A DNA stretch of 64,000 nucleotides from Williopsis jadinii (lineage: Eukaryota): assembly GCA_024346625.1 (NCBI GenBank), contig AP024664.1, forward strand, positions 2,418,001 through 2,482,000. The letters are read 5' to 3'. Both the position numbers and the translations under genes were made by a program. Of the stretch, positions 56,037 to 64,000 are shown in pieces; the first letter of the stretch is position 1, and each line of letters starts with the position of its first letter. Below the pieces are notes generated by a model. The model was given only the letters and a program-made list of their open reading frames with translations, was not told the origin of the DNA and did no database searches.

Positions 56037-57395
56037 CGGTGGCCACCGGTTCAGGCATTAGCTCCGATCCAGGTAAAGTGGCCCCGCCAGCTTGGTGTCC
56101 AGCAGTAAATTGGCGCAATTCGGGATCAACCACCCCCATGTGGGGCCCGGAGTTTGACACATCCTCTAATATCCGCAACACTTAAATGCTTCCAGAACTC
56201 CACACACACATCCTACCACAACCAAAATCACTGTTCCACGCTCACAAAATTCACGCCTTTCCAATGAGACCAAAATACCCTGGTATTTCCACCATTTGGG
56301 TTTTTCATTCCATTATTTTACTGTTAACATCTACCCAAATTTTATAATCCGAAAAAGACTCACCTATTCTCGGAGATATCCTAAATTAATATATACTATA
56401 TAATCCCATAACTCGGGAACTAGCAGAGCTTTCGAGCTATAAACACCACTACTGGATAGCTACGCTCCAGAACTTACCACTGGGTTTAAGTTGTTTCCCG
56501 GTTTATGGGTGCCCATCTCCCTGGAAAGCAAAACATGGTTTTTAGAGGGCAACCTGCATTTTCTCGGCGAACCCCGGTTTGTTCCAACTTTATCAAAAGT
56601 GGGTCTTTCATGGCCAAACTTGGGTCATATATTCACCTTCAGGAGTAGTACCTATGGTCCAACAGCCATGGATGGGTGCACTTTGCCCATTGTTCAGGAG
56701 GTATAAGTACAAAATTACATGCATAAATGTTGATTTTTGGGTGCCGCCGAGCAACCGGAATTAACCAGAGATGATGCAAGATGATAGTACTGTGTCAGTT
56801 ACACCACCTTGGCTTATTAGATCGGTCAAATTCATCGCGCGTGGTGGTGCAATTTGCGTTTAAAGGGTGTATAAAATGGCTTTTTGGTGTAAGGATGTTT
56901 GGGTGTTTGGATGAAATGTTTGGATGTTTTGGCAGGGTGGTGGGGGCAGGTGGGGGGCATATAATTGGATATTTTGGGATGGGGGCGATATGTTTGGGGA
57001 GTTTTTGGTATGGATCGGGAGGTTGGAGCGTGGTTTGAACCATTGGGCTTGTTGTGGTGTTTATGGCGTTTGTGCTGGGAGTGCGCTGGCTGTTACAAGT
57101 GTTGGGGTGGTCGGATCTGGCTTTCCGGGGTGTTGCCCGTTCCCGAAAAACAAAGTGGGGGCTTAACTATGGGCGCTTAACTATGGGCGCTTAACTATGG
57201 GAGATTCACTATGAGACTTAACTATGGGATCTCTACTATGGGAGCTTCACTATAGGTGGTTAACTATGGGAGTTCCACTATAGGTGGTTAACTACGGGGA
57301 TGGTAGGTGGTGTTGCCCGTTCCCGAAAAACAAACTGGGAGTTAACTATGGGCGTTAACTATGGGGTTCCACTATGAAGGTCTTTAATTTTTCCT

Positions 57396-57928
57396 GAAGT
57401 TATTCGCATCCATGAAAATCTATACTTTCAAGGGGTATTTAATTTTTGTTGATGTAGTGCGCGGCCCAAAAAATCTATAGAGGTTAAACTTTGGTGAAGT
57501 TATTCGCATCCATGAAAATCTATACTTCCAAGGGGTATTTAATTTTTGTTGATGTAGTGCGCGGCCCAAAAAATCTATAGAGGTTAAATTTTGGTGAAGT
57601 TACTCGCTTCCATGAAAATCTATACTTTCAAGGGGTATTTAATTTTTGTTGATGTAGTGCGCGGCCCAAAAAATCCATAGAGGTTAAATTTTGGTGAAGT
57701 TACTCGCTTCCATAAAAATCTATACTTCCAAGGGGTATTTAATTTTTGTTGATGTAGTGCGCGGCCCAAAAAAAATCTATAGAGGTTAAATTTTGGTGAA
57801 GTTACTCGCTTCCATAAAAATCTATACTTCCAAGGGGTATTTAATTTTTGTTGATGTAGTGCGCGGCCCAAAAAAAATCTATAGAGGTTAAATTTTGGTG
57901 ATGTTATTCGCATCCATAAAAATCTATA
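57396..57928. repeat. IGS2 100/102-bp tandem array, 5 copies
   Basis: Five GTGCGCGGCCC markers. Confidence 0.95.
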
Positions 57929-59305
57929 GGGATTCCATATGGGAGTTCCATGGGGGTTCCATGGAAATCTTCAATTTTAGTGATGTGGCGCGCGATCTTG
58001 AAAATCTAACTACAAGACTTGGTCTATATGGACTGTCTACAATAGATGTTTCCAGTAGATGCCCACCTTTTTGGTTGGGTTGCGCCCTGTTGAAAAATTC
58101 ATTTGTAGGTGTTGATGTATAAAGTGTAAGAAGAACAAACCTCTCTAACAATCGACGAGAGGGTGGACTGAAAACCAAATCCATCGACGGTTGCCCTAAA
58201 ATGAAAAATTTTTCACTGTTGCTCACACCGGAAAATTTTTTCCATGTTTGCGTCGCTTTTTTGTTGTGCTGCACGGACCGGAAAAATTTTTCATCTTTGC
58301 GTCCCTTTTTTGTTGTGCTGCACGGACCGAAAAATCTCACTTCCGGAACACTCTGAAACCGAATCTCAATTTCGGGACGGCCAACAACAAAATATGTGGC
58401 CTGTCCCAAAAACGCGTGGCCGAAATCTTGAAAATCCAAAATGTATGAGGCGAACCCAAAACATTGACGCAGGGTATATGCAGGCGGTAGACGGCGTTGG
58501 TATAGCTCTGAGACTACAGACGATTGAAGAATTCAAAATCCAGAAAACACAAGTCCACACCTGATCAGTCTTCCAAAGATGAAAGAGGCTCGGAGGTACT
58601 ACATGTGGGAGCGTTTGGACGATTTGAAAAAGTCGTCTGGAGTGGCCCACAGGCCTTGTTGGACGGTGGTGAAGGTGCTAGTGTGGTCGCCAGACTGTGC
58701 TTGCCTTGTACACCGTGTCGACATGGGCGGGGATGGGTTCGTTGGGCATTCGGTAAGTGAAGGGAGACTCTCCTTCCATCAACAACACCTTCTTTGCCCG
58801 TTCTGGGTTTAGGGAGAGACCATAGGGGGGGATCCTTTTTCTTTTGATGTTTTTCGGCCTACGCCTGAGCAGTCCCGTCTGGGAGTTCTTCCACGGGCGG
58901 GCACTGAGGGATTTAGTGGACTACTAGCCTATGGCAAGTGTTGTAACTAGAATCCTGGGGGCATACCTGCCTGGATAACCGTAGCGATACGTGAGTCCAG
59001 GCGGCGTGACCTCCTCTCAAGCCAGTGATGCTAAACCCGGGACGCATGAAACACGGCACTGGAGTTTAGCGGAGCCTGTGCTAGAGGAAATTTAAAGAGG
59101 GCTATATGGATGTGTTCTGTTCCCTGCCTGGGTTCTCCAGGCTGGGGGCAAGCACCAGTAGTTCTAACGAACTACTGCTTTACCACATAATATCTTCAGG
59201 GAGAACTTCTCCCGCTGGAAACGGGGGCGGACCCGGCTCTAGGCAGCGTAGGCACACCGGCCTAGTCAGCTCCGCCTAGACGACACCCCCTAACCAAAGG
59301 ATAGT

Positions 59306-60400
59306 TATCTGGTTGATCCTGCCAGTAGTCATATGCTTGTCTCAAAGATTAAGCCATGCATGTCTAAGTATAAGCAATTTATACAGTGAAACTGCGAATG
59401 GCTCATTAAATCAGTTATAGTTTATTTGATAGTACCTTACTACTTGGATAACCGTGGTAATTCTAGAGCTAATACATGCTAAAAACCCCGACTGCTTGGG
59501 AGGGGTGTATTTATTAGATAAAAAATCAATGCCCTCGGGCTCTTTGATGATTCATAATAACTTGTCGAATCGCATGGCTTTACGCCGGCGATGGTTCATT
59601 CAAATTTCTGCCCTATCAACTGTCGATGGTAGGATAGTGGCCTACCATGGTGGCAACGGGTAACGGGGAATAAGGGTTCGATTCCGGAGAGGGAGCCTGA
59701 GAAACGGCTACCACATCCAAGGAAGGCAGCAGGCGCGCAAATTACCCAATCCTAATTCAGGGAGGTAGTGACAATAAATAACGATACAGGGCCCTTCTGG
59801 GTCTTGTAATTGGAATGAGTACAATGTAAATACCTTAACGAGGAACAATTGGAGGGCAAGTCTGGTGCCAGCAGCCGCGGTAATTCCAGCTCCAATAGCG
59901 TATATTAAAGTTGTTGCAGTTAAAAAGCTCGTAGTTGAACTTTGGGCCTGGCAGGCCGGTCCGCTTTTTGGCGAGTACTGACCCTGCCGGGCCTTTCCTT
60001 CTGGCTACCCTCCCCTCTGGAGAGGCGAACCAGGACTTTTACTTTGAAAAAATTAGAGTGTTCAAAGCAGGCCTTTGCTCGAATATATTAGCATGGAATA
60101 ATAGAATAGGACGTTTGGTTCTATTTTGTTGGTTTCTAGGACCATCGTAATGATTAATAGGGACGGTCGGGGGCATCAGTATTCAGTTGTCAGAGGTGAA
60201 ATTCTTGGATTTACTGAAGACTAACTACTGCGAAAGCATTTGCCAAGGACGTTTTCATTAATCAAGAACGAAAGTTAGGGGATCGAAGATGATCAGATAC
60301 CGTCGTAGTCTTAACCATAAACTATGCCGACTAGGGATCGGGTGTTGTTTTTATAATGACTCACTCGGCACCTTACGAGAAATCAAAGTCTTTGGGTTCT

Positions 60401-60469
<69 letters not shown>

Positions 60470-60908
60470 GCGGCTTAATTTGACTCAACACGGGGAAACT
60501 CACCAGGTCCAGACACAATAAGGATTGACAGATTGAGAGCTCTTTCTTGATTTTGTGGGTGGTGGTGCATGGCCGTTCTTAGTTGGTGGAGTGATTTGTC
60601 TGCTTAATTGCGATAACGAACGAGACCTTAACCTACTAAATAGCGCGACTAGCTTTTGCTGGTGCTGACGCTTCTTAGAGGGACTATCGATTTCAAGTCG
60701 ATGGAAGTTTGAGGCAATAACAGGTCTGTGATGCCCTTAGACGTTCTGGGCCGCACGCGCGCTACACTGACGGAGCCAGCGAGTCTAGCCTTGGCCGAGA
60801 GGTCATGGGTAATCTTGTGAAACTCCGTCGTGCTGGGGATAGAGCATTGCAATTATTGCTCTTCAACGAGGAATTCCTAGTAAGCGCAAGTCATCAGCTT
60901 GCGTTGAT

Positions 60909-60954
<46 letters not shown>

Positions 60955-61038
60955 AATGGCTTAGTGAGGCTTCAGGATTGGCTTATGGCGGGAGGCGACT
61001 CCTGCCTGGAGCCGAGAATCTAGTCAAACTTGGTCATT

Positions 61039-61096
<58 letters not shown>
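59306..61096 (+). rRNA. RDN18: 18S rRNA, unit 5
   Basis: Same termini, offset 56146. Confidence 0.99.
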
Positions 61097-61236
61097 GAGA
61101 ACCTGGGCCTGCGCTTCTAGCGCGGCTCCAACCAATACACAGTGTATTTTGCTTCTTTTGCTTTGGCTCTGCCAAAGGTTTTAAACACAGAAATTTATTT
61201 TCTCTAGAAACTAGTCAATTTGAATTTTAATCTTCA

Positions 61237-61394
61237 AAACTTTCAACAACGGATCTCTTGGTTCTCGCAACGATGAAGAACGCAGCGAAATGCGATACGT
61301 AATGTGAATTGCAGGTTTTCGTGAATCATCGAATCTTTGAACGCATATTGCGCTCTCTGGCATTCCAGAGAGCATGCCTGTTTGAGCGTCATTT
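61237..61394 (+). rRNA. RDN58: 5.8S rRNA, unit 5
   Basis: Same termini. Confidence 0.98.
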
Positions 61395-61570
61395 CTCTCT
61401 CAAGATCCTCTAGGGGACTTGGTATTGAGTGATACTCTGTGTTAACTTGAAATACTCTAGGCAGAGCTCCCCCTAGAAATCCTCTGGGCCGAAATAATGT
61501 ATTAGGTTCTACCAACTCGTTATTTTCCAGACAGACTTCCAGGCAGAGCTCGGCTGAACAACCTTTCTAA

Positions 61571-64000
<2,430 letters not shown>

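Overview
This window is part of a tandem nuclear rDNA array from an ascomycete yeast. The ITS and the ~13.4-13.8 kb unit look like Cyberlindnera jadinii/Candida utilis; that is from memory and needs a BLAST to confirm. Each unit reads, on +: Pol I promoter, ~700 nt 5'ETS, 18S, ITS1, 5.8S, ITS2, 25S, 3'ETS/terminator and IGS1. Then come a 5S gene on - and a long IGS2 holding a ~175-bp satellite and a variable 100/102-bp array. There are three complete 35S units, a 5'-truncated 25S, and a fifth unit cut by the window end. The main anomaly is a 9.6-kb single-copy segment (39966-49573) inside the array. It carries ~3 kb of probably decayed coding DNA, an intact Crp1-type copper P1B-ATPase, an intact class III aminotransferase and a Gre2-like reductase. 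The reductase is cut in half and fused directly to nt ~1273 of a 25S gene, which supplies its stop codon. The left junction follows a diverged, shortened IGS copy, which looks like an old natural array edge. The right junction joins essentially undiverged 25S, so it looks recent. Together this suggests the chromosomal flank, including a copper-export gene, has been captured as a cargo-carrying rDNA unit. An assembly misjoin must be excluded first. Nearly all short ORFs in the track are spurious.
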